The translations under genes and the position numbers were made by a program. From the NCBI GenBank assembly GCA_028278305.1, contig JANQEP010000008.1, positions 1 to 40,117 on the forward strand: a stretch of DNA of 40,117 nucleotides. The letters are read 5' to 3'. The DNA is from Candidatus Gastranaerophilales bacterium (GTDB taxonomy: Bacteria > Cyanobacteriota > Vampirovibrionia > Gastranaerophilales > UBA9971). Shown here in pieces: positions 19,347 through 28,805 of this stretch. The notes under the pieces are model-generated. The model was not told where the DNA came from. It was given only the letters and a program-made list of their open reading frames with translations, and did not search any database. Each line of letters opens with the position of its first letter. Position 1 is the stretch's first letter.

Positions 19347-19703
19347 TTATTCACAACCGTTATTTTTAAGCAGTTTAACCAGTGATTCTATCTGCTTTTT
19401 TGAATCTGAGATTTCTTTTTCGATTTCTTTTCTGCTTTTTTGTGCCTGTTTTAATTGATCCCCGATAGAAAACAGGTATGCTCCGCCATTGCTTATGTGT
19501 TTTGAAATTATGTTTTGCTCTTGCTCTTTTGATGCCAGGTTTACACGTTGATGAGATATCTTATAGAGTTTTTCAATAAGTATTAAAAGCTGTTCTTTCC
19601 TGAATTCCAGGTTAACAAGATGAGAATCGATCTTTCTTTTTTCTTTTAATGCTTCATCCATGTTTATGTTGGCAAAATTTTTGTGTATACTCTGCTTTTT
19701 CAA
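19347..19703 (-). CDS. Hypothetical coiled-coil protein
   Basis: 118-aa K/E/L-rich ORF with AGGAGGAG upstream; the start (TTG) is uncertain. Confidence 0.6.
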   Translation of the reverse strand: MKKQSIHKNFANINMDEALKEKRKIDSHLVNLEFRKEQLLILIEKLYKISHQRVNLASKEQEQNIISKHISNGGAYLFSIGDQLKQAQKSRKEIEKEISDSKKQIESLVKLLKNNGCE

Positions 19704-20422
19704 ACATTCTCACTCCTCCTGAAAAAATTAAATCCCCATATACACTGATTAATTTTGATATTTTATCCGCTGTCTTCGCTTGGTGACTGCGTATTAACAA
19801 TATATAACAGAAAATTTTTCCTGACATTTCAAAAAGCATGCTCAAAAACCCGGCACCCAACAAAAATCATGATTAAATAGCCTTAAAACACGAAATACAC
19901 TATAAACAGCATGCCAATTTAATATTTTAAATAAATCTTTACAAAAAAATTTCAATTAAATACTGCTTAATCCTCTTACAGTAATCTATTTTAAAATTAT
20001 ATTTCTAATATTGCTATATATACAAGCTTATTAACATAATTACTTACTTATAATTTTTATTATCATTAAGTTTTACCAGATAAAAAAGCATAAATTCAGA
20101 CAGTTAAAGAAATTAACAGGCTTAAACTTTTTCAAAATTTATGGAAAAATTTTTAGATAAATTTTTGTAAAAAATATATGATTTTTTAAAAATATTTAAC
20201 TAAAACCTGAAATCCTCTCATAGAGATGCGATAAAGTACTTAATATTTTTTAATAAACAATTTGAATAGTTAATTTTTTGTTAAGGTACGCAATTGTTTA
20301 ATAAAAATTTTTTTCATATATATAAGAGTTCCAGAAAAATTAAAGGGGGGAGATATTTCAAAAATTTTTAGTTAATTTAAGATAGTAACTTTAAAAGGAG
20401 ATACTATAGGAACATTTAAAAC

Positions 20423-20456
20423 AAAGAGGCTACCCTGAAAGGGGCAGCCTCTTTTT
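20423..20456. terminator. Rho-independent terminator-like hairpin downstream of trpA, possibly bidirectional
   Basis: AAAGAGGCTACCCT-GAA-AGGGGCAGCCTCTTTTT. Confidence 0.75.
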
Positions 20457-20531
20457 AATTGGTCAATAAACATACTGAGCGCCTTATGAGTAAAGGACTT
20501 TACCCGGTATGAAAAAAGTTTTTAGAAAGCC

Positions 20532-21359
20532 TCATGGTTTAATGAAATTTATCTGCGGGGTTTTATAAAGCTCTTCTATATAAGTGCCAACCTGCTTTAG
20601 GGCAAGGTCTCTATCATAAGAATACTGGTCTATAAGCTTGAGAAAAACACTCGCCATAACCGCGCCTTCAACGCCGATCTCACGTAAATTCCCTATATGC
20701 TCAGGCTTTGAAACCCCAAAGCCTACTGCCACAGGAAGCGAACTCACGGACTTTATGTCGTGGAAAACATCCCTGAGAACCGCGGAGAAATTCTCCCGGA
20801 CCCCGGTAACTCCCGTGGAAGACACCAGGTATATAAAGCCTGATGAGATTTTTACAATATTCTTTATCCTCTGCTTATCGGATGTCGGTGATACAAGCAT
20901 TATAAAATCAATATTATTGTTTTTAAACAACGTTGCAATTTCCCCGGCTTCTTCCACGGGCAGGTCAGGAATTATAACGCCTGCTATATTCTTGTCTTTC
21001 AGCTCTTTAACAAAATTATTAAATCCAAAATTCAAGATCGGATTCAGATAAGAAAATAATATTAGCGGAATTTTCATATCCTCTTTGATTTTACCAAGAA
21101 GATCAAACGTTTTTCGTAGAGTAACACCGTTTTGCAGGGCAATTTTTGAAGCTTTCTGAATAATAGGACCGTCTGCAATCGGATCAGAAAATGGAATCCC
21201 AACTTCTATAGCAGATGCGCCTTTTTTCTGAAAAAGGTAAAATAATTCCTTTGAAAATTCCATGTCAGGATATCCGGCTTCCACAAAGGGAATAAAAGCA
21301 GGATTCCGCCTGCTGTCGGCTATAGACCTGCTGATTCTAGAAATTGCCTCTTGTTCCAT
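20532..21359 (-). CDS. trpA: Tryptophan synthase alpha chain
   Basis: AFIPF..AGYP, IEVGIPFSDPIADGP.IQ.AS, YLNP, GVIIPDLP.EE, FIYLVS..GVTG.R, P.AVGFG. Start placed at ATG 21359; the ORF is open from 21404. Confidence 0.95.
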   Translation of the reverse strand: MEQEAISRISRSIADSRRNPAFIPFVEAGYPDMEFSKELFYLFQKKGASAIEVGIPFSDPIADGPIIQKASKIALQNGVTLRKTFDLLGKIKEDMKIPLILFSYLNPILNFGFNNFVKELKDKNIAGVIIPDLPVEEAGEIATLFKNNNIDFIMLVSPTSDKQRIKNIVKISSGFIYLVSSTGVTGVRENFSAVLRDVFHDIKSVSSLPVAVGFGVSKPEHIGNLREIGVEGAVMASVFLKLIDQYSYDRDLALKQVGTYIEELYKTPQINFIKP

Positions 21360-21843
21360 ATAAATATACTTCTTCCGGCTCTTCAAGCTCATTATGTATC
21401 TCAAAAACAGATTTTTTGATTACCGGGTGAACAAACTCAGGATTTAATTCAAGCATAGGAACCAGTGCATAAGCTCTTTCATGAGCTCTGGGATGAGGTA
21501 TCTGAAGAGATTCTTCGGATATAATCAGGTCTTCATAGAAAAGTATGTCCAGATCAAGTGTCCTTGGTCCAAAGCGGTTTTCAGGGTCCCGTTTTCTGCC
21601 TAATTGCTGCTCGATCCTCATACATTCTCCAAGAAGTTCCTGCGGATTAAGAGCTGTCTCAATTTTCAAAACAGCATTAGCAAACCATTGCTGGTCTTTA
21701 AACCCTATCGGTTCTGTTTCGTAAATGCTGGAGCTGTCTACTACGGTTATTCCATTGGTGTCTTTTAGCAGGTTATTCGCCTGCTGCAGGTAGCCTACTC
21801 TATCCCCAATGTTAGAACCTGCACATAGATATGCCGTGCTCAT
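21337..21843 (-). CDS. folK: 2-amino-4-hydroxy-6-hydroxymethyldihydropteridine diphosphokinase (HPPK)
   Basis: GSNIGDR, S.IYET.P, F.NAV, R....GPRTLDLDIL, IPHPR.HER...L.P. Confidence 0.96.
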   Translation of the reverse strand: MSTAYLCAGSNIGDRVGYLQQANNLLKDTNGITVVDSSSIYETEPIGFKDQQWFANAVLKIETALNPQELLGECMRIEQQLGRKRDPENRFGPRTLDLDILFYEDLIISEESLQIPHPRAHERAYALVPMLELNPEFVHPVIKKSVFEIHNELEEPEEVYLYGTRGNF

Positions 21844-22112
21844 CGCCTGTCCTTTTTGTTCATTTTTGTTTACATCCTGTATTTTATCTTTTTTAAGTCT
21901 AAATTACAAACTATTATTGATATGAGAAAACAGGCTGTAGAGCATTTATCACTTTGGCAGGCTCAAGCTTTTCCTGAGGCTCATATATCAATAGATTCAG
22001 CGAAAAATCAATTCCTGAATCTCTGATTTTTTACAAAAATTAATGAACCGGTTGTTCAGAAATAACCTGTCAATGTGTTAATCTATACCTGTTAATTTAT
22101 TTAGGGTGAAAC

Positions 22113-24113
22113 ATGGATGATCAGGAATGCACAATAAATAACCTTGACCTGGTAGGCAGGGTAGTTGCAACGGAAAAATGTCCGAACACAGCTCAAACTT
22201 TCAGTTTTTGGACTAATCTTGATTCCCCGGTGGGTATCGGTACTATAGTAAGGGTTACGAGCGATAAAATTTACTTTAATAACAATGAAAATAAAGATTA
22301 CAGGCGGGAAGTTTTCGGTATAGTAACCGGGGGTGTAAGCTATACTGACCTTGATTCCCCCATTAATGACTATATAAGTTCGGATTATGATCCTCTATCC
22401 AGCCACAGTGCCCAGACAGAGCGCCCGGAGATCAGGTATTACACAGCTTCTGTTCTTAAAATGGATCCTGAAGAGCCTGTTCAGCCTGTACCTATTGGAA
22501 ATGTCTATTTAGCGACCGATTCCTGCGTAAAAAAATCCCTGCGTATGGATAGCTACGAGAAAACAAAAATTCCGGCAGGACTTTATATTAATGGGGATAA
22601 CCAGTCTCCTGTCTATCTTGATTCAGATTTCCTGCTGGGTCCCGAAGCTGCACACCTCAATGTCACCGGGGTTTCAGGACTTGCGACTAAAACAAGTATT
22701 ATAGAGTTCCTGCTGACAGGAATTACACAGCATTACAAATGCTCAGGCGGAATTGCAACCGTGCTTTTTAATGTTAAGGGATATGACCTGCTTTTCCTGG
22801 ACCAGCCTGCTGAAGACATGTCCGAGCAGGAGCTTAAAATGTATCAAAAACTTGGCATTAATCCTGAACCGTTTCATAATGTCAAATATTATGCGCCTTT
22901 CAAAGATGACGGGGTTAACTTAAACACACTCAGAACAAATGAAGAGTTGATAAATGACGTAAGTCCCCTTAGCTGGGGTCTGGAAGAAATTTTTGACCAT
23001 GTGCAGGTGCTGCTTAATAAGGATGATATAGATGCCAAGGCTGATGCGTTTCTTTCTTTGCTAAAAGAAAGGATTATCAATAAAGACAAGCCCGAGCCCG
23101 GTTACTGCGTTCACAAAGACGAGAAAATTAAAAATTTTAATGACCTTGAAAAATGGTTTCAAAGGGTTTTTGCGCAGATAGAAGGTGAAGAAGAGAGTTC
23201 TGAAGGTAAATCAGGATGGAAAGGACATGCTACAGCTACTATCAGAAAAATTTATAACAGGTTAATGAACATAAAAACACGATGTAAGGGATTGGTTACC
23301 CATACATCTGATTCTTATGACCTGCCCTGGGGAAATTTTGAAAATAAAGCAATATATGTTATTGATATAGCAAATGTTATACCGCTTGCGCAGGACCTGG
23401 TGTTTACCAGGGTTGTTGAAGAGCTAAAAAAACGTCTTGAAGAAGCCGCACTGGGAGTGGAAAAGGTTGTTGTATTCGTGGATGAGCTTAATAAGTATGC
23501 ATCTTCAGACTCCGGAAATTCTTATCTTAAACAAACTCTTCTGGAAATTTCGGAAAGAGGGAGATATCTTGGGCTGGTGTTATTTTCAGCGCAGCAGTTC
23601 AAGTCGCAGGTTCATAAAAGAATTGTCGGGAATTGCGCCACAAGCATTTACGGAAGAATGGATATGGATGAACTTGCTACTCAGGGCTATAGCGTAATGC
23701 CGGCATCTGTCAAGGCTGAGCTGACTGTTCTTGAGAAAGGTAAGCTTCTTATAAGGCATCCGCATTTTAATCAGTATATTTTCGTAAAATTTCCCCGTCC
23801 GCCGGTTTTAACCAGCCAGAAGGGCGCAAAAAAATTCCCGCCAGCTAAGAATAAAAGTTTTGAAGATGCAATGGTCATGCATTTTAAGCGGCTTGAGCCT
23901 AAAATAAAAGCAAATGACGTTAAGGACGCAATTTTTGAAGTTGACCGCCAGGAAGTCCTGAGAGCTTTTAACGAAACCGAACGTAAGGGCAGGGAAAACC
24001 CGCTTGAGTATTTTAAAAATACCCTGAGAAAAAGACCTCCGAGAAATTCATTTGAGGAATCGCATTCTCCTGCTGCAGGCGGCGCAACAATTGATGACTG
24101 GTTGATCGATTAA
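22113..24113 (+). CDS. HerA/FtsK-superfamily ATPase with an N-terminal HAS-barrel-like region
   Basis: AHLNVTGVSGLATKTS (variant Walker A), FNVKG.DL, VVVFVDELNKYA (Walker B), I.ERGR.LGLVLF.AQQ. Confidence 0.85.
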   Translation: MDDQECTINNLDLVGRVVATEKCPNTAQTFSFWTNLDSPVGIGTIVRVTSDKIYFNNNENKDYRREVFGIVTGGVSYTDLDSPINDYISSDYDPLSSHSAQTERPEIRYYTASVLKMDPEEPVQPVPIGNVYLATDSCVKKSLRMDSYEKTKIPAGLYINGDNQSPVYLDSDFLLGPEAAHLNVTGVSGLATKTSIIEFLLTGITQHYKCSGGIATVLFNVKGYDLLFLDQPAEDMSEQELKMYQKLGINPEPFHNVKYYAPFKDDGVNLNTLRTNEELINDVSPLSWGLEEIFDHVQVLLNKDDIDAKADAFLSLLKERIINKDKPEPGYCVHKDEKIKNFNDLEKWFQRVFAQIEGEEESSEGKSGWKGHATATIRKIYNRLMNIKTRCKGLVTHTSDSYDLPWGNFENKAIYVIDIANVIPLAQDLVFTRVVEELKKRLEEAALGVEKVVVFVDELNKYASSDSGNSYLKQTLLEISERGRYLGLVLFSAQQFKSQVHKRIVGNCATSIYGRMDMDELATQGYSVMPASVKAELTVLEKGKLLIRHPHFNQYIFVKFPRPPVLTSQKGAKKFPPAKNKSFEDAMVMHFKRLEPKIKANDVKDAIFEVDRQEVLRAFNETERKGRENPLEYFKNTLRKRPPRNSFEESHSPAAGGATIDDWLID

Positions 24114-24137
24114 CATTTCAGATATTAATAGTCAAAG

Positions 24138-24166
24138 TTAACTAACCCGTCATTGGGGTTAGTTAA
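24138..24166. terminator. Hairpin between convergent genes
   Basis: TTAACTAACCC-GTCATTG-GGGTTAGTTAA (11-bp stem). Confidence 0.65.
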
Positions 24167-24195
24167 GTCCATTTTTTGATTATTTTCATAAATCC

Positions 24196-24591
24196 TTATT
24201 TTAAAAATTCTTTGAATTTAACATTGCTCTCATTATAATATCCGCAGCCTTCAGGCATTTCAGCACCGGCTCTTAATTGTTTTACCTCTATTTTCGGGTA
24301 TAGCCTGCAATATAAAGACCTGAAAGCATAGCAGGAGCAAAGATTATCATCTTTGAGGGACTTGCAGGTAAAAAGAAGCGCGTTATTCTCATCTTTTCCC
24401 GATATAAAAAAATTATTGTACCTGGAGTCCAGCTTTTTAATCCTTTCAAACTCTTCCTGCTTTGTTAAATAGTCCTTACCGATCATAAAAGTGATATTCC
24501 TGCAGCAATTTCCGCATTTTTTGCACGAACCCTTCACTGTAAATCCGGGTGTTTTTTTAAAGAAACTTTTTATTTTTTTTATTATATTCAT
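24196..24591 (-). CDS. YkgJ-family cysteine-cluster (putative Fe-S/Zn) protein
   Basis: CKKCGNCC...C..L....C..Y..R...CR.YP...CGY. Confidence 0.85.
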   Translation of the reverse strand: MNIIKKIKSFFKKTPGFTVKGSCKKCGNCCRNITFMIGKDYLTKQEEFERIKKLDSRYNNFFISGKDENNALLFTCKSLKDDNLCSCYAFRSLYCRLYPKIEVKQLRAGAEMPEGCGYYNESNVKFKEFLK

Positions 24592-25001
24592 AAAGCCTCA
24601 ACCAAAAATTCCGCCTCTGCAATAGGCTTTTGCAGGTCAGAGAATCCAAAAATCCTGATAACATAGTTTCCCGCTTTGTGAAGAACAAAATAATCGGTCA
24701 CGTAATATTTTTCCTTACCCCGGTTAATATTAGTGCCGTAAGCTACTTCTATAGCATAATATGGGTATTTCATATCAAGTTTTATCACCTGGAGCCTTAA
24801 TTTAGTATCTTCAATAGCCTCCTTACTCGCCAGAATATAATAAATTCTCTGTCTTTGCTTAAAAACCGGGTATCTGTTTTCATGAGTAAAATTAGACGGG
24901 TCAATTTTATGGTCTGACAGCAGGATAACAGCGTCTTCCTCACGGTCACAGCCGGTGATAAGAAAAAAACAGGTGATTATTGCGAAAAAAAGCTTTTTCA
25001 T
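24588..25001 (-). CDS. Hypothetical lipoprotein
   Basis: MKK + hydrophobic stretch + LITGC lipobox. Confidence 0.75.
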   Translation of the reverse strand: MKKLFFAIITCFFLITGCDREEDAVILLSDHKIDPSNFTHENRYPVFKQRQRIYYILASKEAIEDTKLRLQVIKLDMKYPYYAIEVAYGTNINRGKEKYYVTDYFVLHKAGNYVIRIFGFSDLQKPIAEAEFLVEAL

Positions 25002-25009
25002 GACGGATT

Positions 25010-27136
25010 TCAGGGATTATAAGGTTCAGCTTCCGGATTGCCGGTATTTTCAGGTTCATTTTCCTCCGGCTTAAACCGGGGTAACTGAACCTCGGACTCT
25101 TTTTTCTTAGAAGCTTCAGCAGCTTCCTCTTTTACCGGGGCGCTCTCTTTTAATTTAATCCTGTTTTCCAGGACTTTTATCCTCATTTCAATACTTTTTA
25201 CGCTTATATTATCAGAAGAGTAAGATACAAAATTTTTGTAATTCTCAACAGCTTCCCTGTAATTCTCGTCTTTTTCTTCCAGTATGCCTAAAGCATAATA
25301 AGCATAGGGAAAATCAGGCTTAAGCCCTATGACTTCCCGGTAAATTTTCTTTGCCCTGTCTTTTTCCCCGAGCTCAGAGACCACAAGACCCAGGTTAAAC
25401 TTCGCGTTTGCGTTATCAGGTTCCAGCTTAAGCGCTTTTTCGTAAAATTCTTTTGCCTTATGGTTTTCAGTTTTATCTTTATACACGTTTCCTAATTTTA
25501 TAAGCGCCTTAACATTTTTGGAATCCAGTTTAAGGGCTTTTTCATAGTTTTTTATTGCCTCATCATATTTATTTTCCTTATAAAAAGTATCTGCAAGCCC
25601 TATGTAAGCTTTAATTTCGCCAGGATCAATTTCTGCGGCTCTTTTATAAGCGCCGCGGGCTTCATCTATTTTGTCGGTTTTCTTAAGTATATCAGCAAAT
25701 GCAATGAATAAATCCTTATTTGTTGCGTCTTTAGCAATAGCCATTTCATAAGCTGTCTGTGCTTCCCTGTTTCTGCCCATTTTTTGCAGGGTATTTGCCA
25801 TTCCTGACAGGGCGTAAAATTCTGTCGGGTTAATTATCAGGGCTTTTTTATAGTAAACCAGAGCCTCTTCGTATTTTTTACCCAGGTTTAATCTGTTTGC
25901 ATTGGCTATAAGCACGTTTTTATAGTCAGATTCCACTTTTTTATCTTTTTTAAGGTCAAGCGATTTTTCATATAAACCCAGAGCCTTATCATAGTTTTTA
26001 AGCGAATGATGGACAAGTGCAATGTTGTAATACAACTCTGCATCTTCTTTTTGGGTTTTTAAAACTTCTTCGTATAAGTCCAGGGCTTTTACATATTTTT
26101 TGGCAAGATGATAACTCCTTGCCAGCTCTTTTTTGATCATAGGATCTTCAGGTTTTAATTTCGCGGCTTTTTCCAGCTTTTGAATTGACTCACCCGTTCT
26201 TTTCCTGCCCTGATAGGTTATGCCCAGGTTATACAGGGCATCAGGGTTATCCGGGTCTATGGAGAGGTATTCTTCATAATATTTAATTGCTTCATCTTCT
26301 TTTTTAAGCTCTACCAGTGCATTTGCAATATCAAGCTTTACTTCTATCAATGAAGGGTCAATTTCAAGGCTTTTTAAAAGCTCCTGAACAGCTTCTTTTT
26401 TTTTGCCGGTGTTTAAAAGGGCTATACCGTAATTTGCGTGGGCTTCCGCATTTTGCGGATAATCTTTTATTGCCTGCTGAAGCACAAAAATAGCTTTTTC
26501 AAATTCTTTTACCTGCACAAGTGCTTTTCCATAGCAGGAATGTTCTTTAAAAGCCTCCGGCTTGTTGTCTATAACAAACTCAAATTCCTTTATAGCACTT
26601 TCAGGTTGCTTAACCGCCATATATGCGGACGCAAGGTTCTTTCTGGAATCTATATGGTCAGGATAACTCTCTAAAAATTTCTCAAAATAAGGGATAGAAT
26701 CTTTATATTGCCCTTTTAAGCTCTTTATATTAGCAACATTTACCAGGTTATACTTATACCCGGGAGAAATATCCAGGGCTCTTGTATATGCTTGAAGAGC
26801 CTTATCATACCGGCTTAATTCCTGGTAAATGTTTCCCATGCTTATGAAAACAAAGGAATCATCAGGATCTATCCTGGATGCCTGGACATATTCATTAACC
26901 GCAGCTTCAAGTTTCCCGCTTTTATAGAGCATATCAGCAAGTTTAATCCTGATCATCGGGCTGGTCGGCGCAAAATCTTTTGCTATTTCCAGCTCTCTTA
27001 TAGCGCCTTCAATATCTTTCATTTTATAAAACTTCATAGCGTTGTCAAAGTGGACTTTTGCCCTTTCATTCATTGAAAACGCAGAAGAAGATAAAAGAAG
27101 CGCTGCTATAAACAAAAGTATTTTTATATTTTTCAT
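25010..27136 (-). CDS. Secreted all-TPR protein
   Basis: Signal peptide (…SSAFS) followed by continuous TPR repeats (A...Y.KAL.L.P); short low-complexity tail. Confidence 0.9.
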   Translation of the reverse strand: MKNIKILLFIAALLLSSSAFSMNERAKVHFDNAMKFYKMKDIEGAIRELEIAKDFAPTSPMIRIKLADMLYKSGKLEAAVNEYVQASRIDPDDSFVFISMGNIYQELSRYDKALQAYTRALDISPGYKYNLVNVANIKSLKGQYKDSIPYFEKFLESYPDHIDSRKNLASAYMAVKQPESAIKEFEFVIDNKPEAFKEHSCYGKALVQVKEFEKAIFVLQQAIKDYPQNAEAHANYGIALLNTGKKKEAVQELLKSLEIDPSLIEVKLDIANALVELKKEDEAIKYYEEYLSIDPDNPDALYNLGITYQGRKRTGESIQKLEKAAKLKPEDPMIKKELARSYHLAKKYVKALDLYEEVLKTQKEDAELYYNIALVHHSLKNYDKALGLYEKSLDLKKDKKVESDYKNVLIANANRLNLGKKYEEALVYYKKALIINPTEFYALSGMANTLQKMGRNREAQTAYEMAIAKDATNKDLFIAFADILKKTDKIDEARGAYKRAAEIDPGEIKAYIGLADTFYKENKYDEAIKNYEKALKLDSKNVKALIKLGNVYKDKTENHKAKEFYEKALKLEPDNANAKFNLGLVVSELGEKDRAKKIYREVIGLKPDFPYAYYALGILEEKDENYREAVENYKNFVSYSSDNISVKSIEMRIKVLENRIKLKESAPVKEEAAEASKKKESEVQLPRFKPEENEPENTGNPEAEPYNP

Positions 27137-27348
27137 GACCCTTACCCTAAAAAATTCCTGTTAATATTTATCTAAAAAACACTCAACGTAATTATAAATA
27201 TTTATATGCTAACATCATAACTTAAATTCCGGTTTTTATGAATATTATAAACATGTTTTTGTTTACCCGGGTGATGATTAGATTTCCCGGATTATGTTAT
27301 ATAGCATAGTTTGTAATCATACTTTATAAATATCACAGAGTTAGAATT

Positions 27349-28497
27349 ATGTTCAAGATAAAAAGAGGTTATTCAGCAGGTCTAATACCGGGAATTATTG
27401 CGGCTCTTGCTGCTGTTTTTTTTGTTGCATATAGCGTAGGGGGATTTTTCGGTCCCAAAAAGATTATATTTGTAAAATTCGATGATCCCGGACCGCTTCC
27501 TCAAAATATGGAAGTTTATTTCAAGGGTATTAAGGTGGGAAAAATAACAAAAATGTCAATTTCTGAAGATTATAAAAGCTCTTTACTTAAAGTAGAGATA
27601 AAAGAGAAAGATTTTAACCCGCCAAACAATATTCACGCGGAGATAAAAATCCAGGGAGAAGCGAGAATATGGGCACAGGGCGTTGATATAACCAAATATG
27701 TAGAATTAATCTACCCTAAAGACCCCAGCGCCGTATCCCTTAAAAACGGGGATATCATCGAGGGAAGAGCCGGAGATTTAGAGAAGATCCAGGATTTTTT
27801 GGGAGAAGCTATGGACACGGAAGATGTTCAAAAATCAGTGGATGAAGTCCGGCAAATTATGAAAAATACTGAGAAAGCATCACAAAACCTGGCGAAAATT
27901 AGCGAGAAGATAAATATTTTCCTGGATAATAACCAAAAAAACCTGGATGAAATAGTTGATAATACCAGGATCGCTACTGAAAATGCCCGTCAGATAACCC
28001 TTGCAGTGAGGGAATTTTCCGACAGGCCCTCCGGGGAAAGAGGTTTAAGATCCACTCTGTATGGTCTTTCAGGGATTACGGAAAATGTTTATACACTTAC
28101 ATCTGATATCAGCAAAATTACCGGCAATAGCGAACTTCAAAGCTTTATGGCGCAAAGTCCGTTTTTGTTTAAAAAAGCCCTGTGCAGCGCAATTACAACG
28201 CTTGATAAAACTAATGAAACTCTTACAAGGGTGGATATAACCCTTAATGATGTTGAAAGAATTGTAAACAGGTATGATTGCTTCGGGGCATGTTTAAGTG
28301 ATCTTCTTAGCAAGAGGTTTTTAGGGTTAAAACTTCTTTTTGGAAGACCCGGAGAAGCTTTTGAAATATGCAGAGGAGCATGTCCTCCTGATTACGGAGC
28401 TTTTAGTTATTATAGCCGTCCTTCGGCTTCAATGCCTTATAAATCTTATCCTTATGTAATGAGACCGGTCATTCCCTGTCCTGCATGCCCTAAGTAG
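27349..28497 (+). CDS. MlaD/MCE family protein with coiled-coil and Cys/Pro-rich tail
   Basis: N-terminal TM; F.D.G.L.....V.FKG.KVG.I, KYVEL; heptad-rich middle region. Confidence 0.8.
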   Translation: MFKIKRGYSAGLIPGIIAALAAVFFVAYSVGGFFGPKKIIFVKFDDPGPLPQNMEVYFKGIKVGKITKMSISEDYKSSLLKVEIKEKDFNPPNNIHAEIKIQGEARIWAQGVDITKYVELIYPKDPSAVSLKNGDIIEGRAGDLEKIQDFLGEAMDTEDVQKSVDEVRQIMKNTEKASQNLAKISEKINIFLDNNQKNLDEIVDNTRIATENARQITLAVREFSDRPSGERGLRSTLYGLSGITENVYTLTSDISKITGNSELQSFMAQSPFLFKKALCSAITTLDKTNETLTRVDITLNDVERIVNRYDCFGACLSDLLSKRFLGLKLLFGRPGEAFEICRGACPPDYGAFSYYSRPSASMPYKSYPYVMRPVIPCPACPK

Positions 28498-28542
28498 CAA
28501 ACAAAAATTTTTACGTCTTCATCAATACCTGAACAGGTTTTT

Positions 28543-28571
28543 TAGAATGCGCAATGCGCACTCTACTGCTA
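28543..28571 (-). repeat. GTAG-type REP-like palindrome (family B)
   Basis: TAGAATGCGCAATGCGCACTCTACTGCTA; its reverse complement matches 38992-39022 AGCAGTAGAGGGTGCGCAATGCGCACCCTAC. Confidence 0.75.
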
Positions 28572-28604
28572 ATCTGTTACTTTTTACCTTTTTATCAACA
28601 CCTG

Positions 28605-28805
28605 TTGACATTAAATTGCGGTTGTATTACAAAAGAATAGATACAATTTAATATATCCCTCCAGGAATATTGAATGTGATCTACGCAGGGGGCGCAATAT
28701 AAAAGAAAGGGGCGCCGTATAAAGGAAAAAGACGCCGCTGTTAAGTAAAACCCCCGCCCGGTAAAACAAAGTAGTTACGTAGCGCTCACACAGAGAGGAA
28801 AAAGA
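28605..28805 (+). promoter_or_regulatory. Probable promoter and structured leader of the r-protein cluster
   Basis: TTGACA(28605)-17 bp-TACAAA (weak -10); GC-rich leader with CTACG/CGTAG and GGGCG/CGCCC complementarity and a 20-nt tandem repeat. Confidence 0.45.

Noticed and set aside
19864-20400. Possible oriC in the AT-rich gap
   Set aside because: I found no cluster of TTATCCACA-like DnaA boxes, and there is no dnaA/dnaN context.
21922-22026. 34-codon ORF MRKQAVEHLSLW... upstream of the ATPase
   Set aside because: No RBS or recognisable motif; it coincides with the hairpin and is better explained by it.
28600-28805. Missing rpsJ before rplC as an anomaly
   Set aside because: In Cyanobacteriota rpsJ normally lies after tuf, so an rplC-first cluster is expected.
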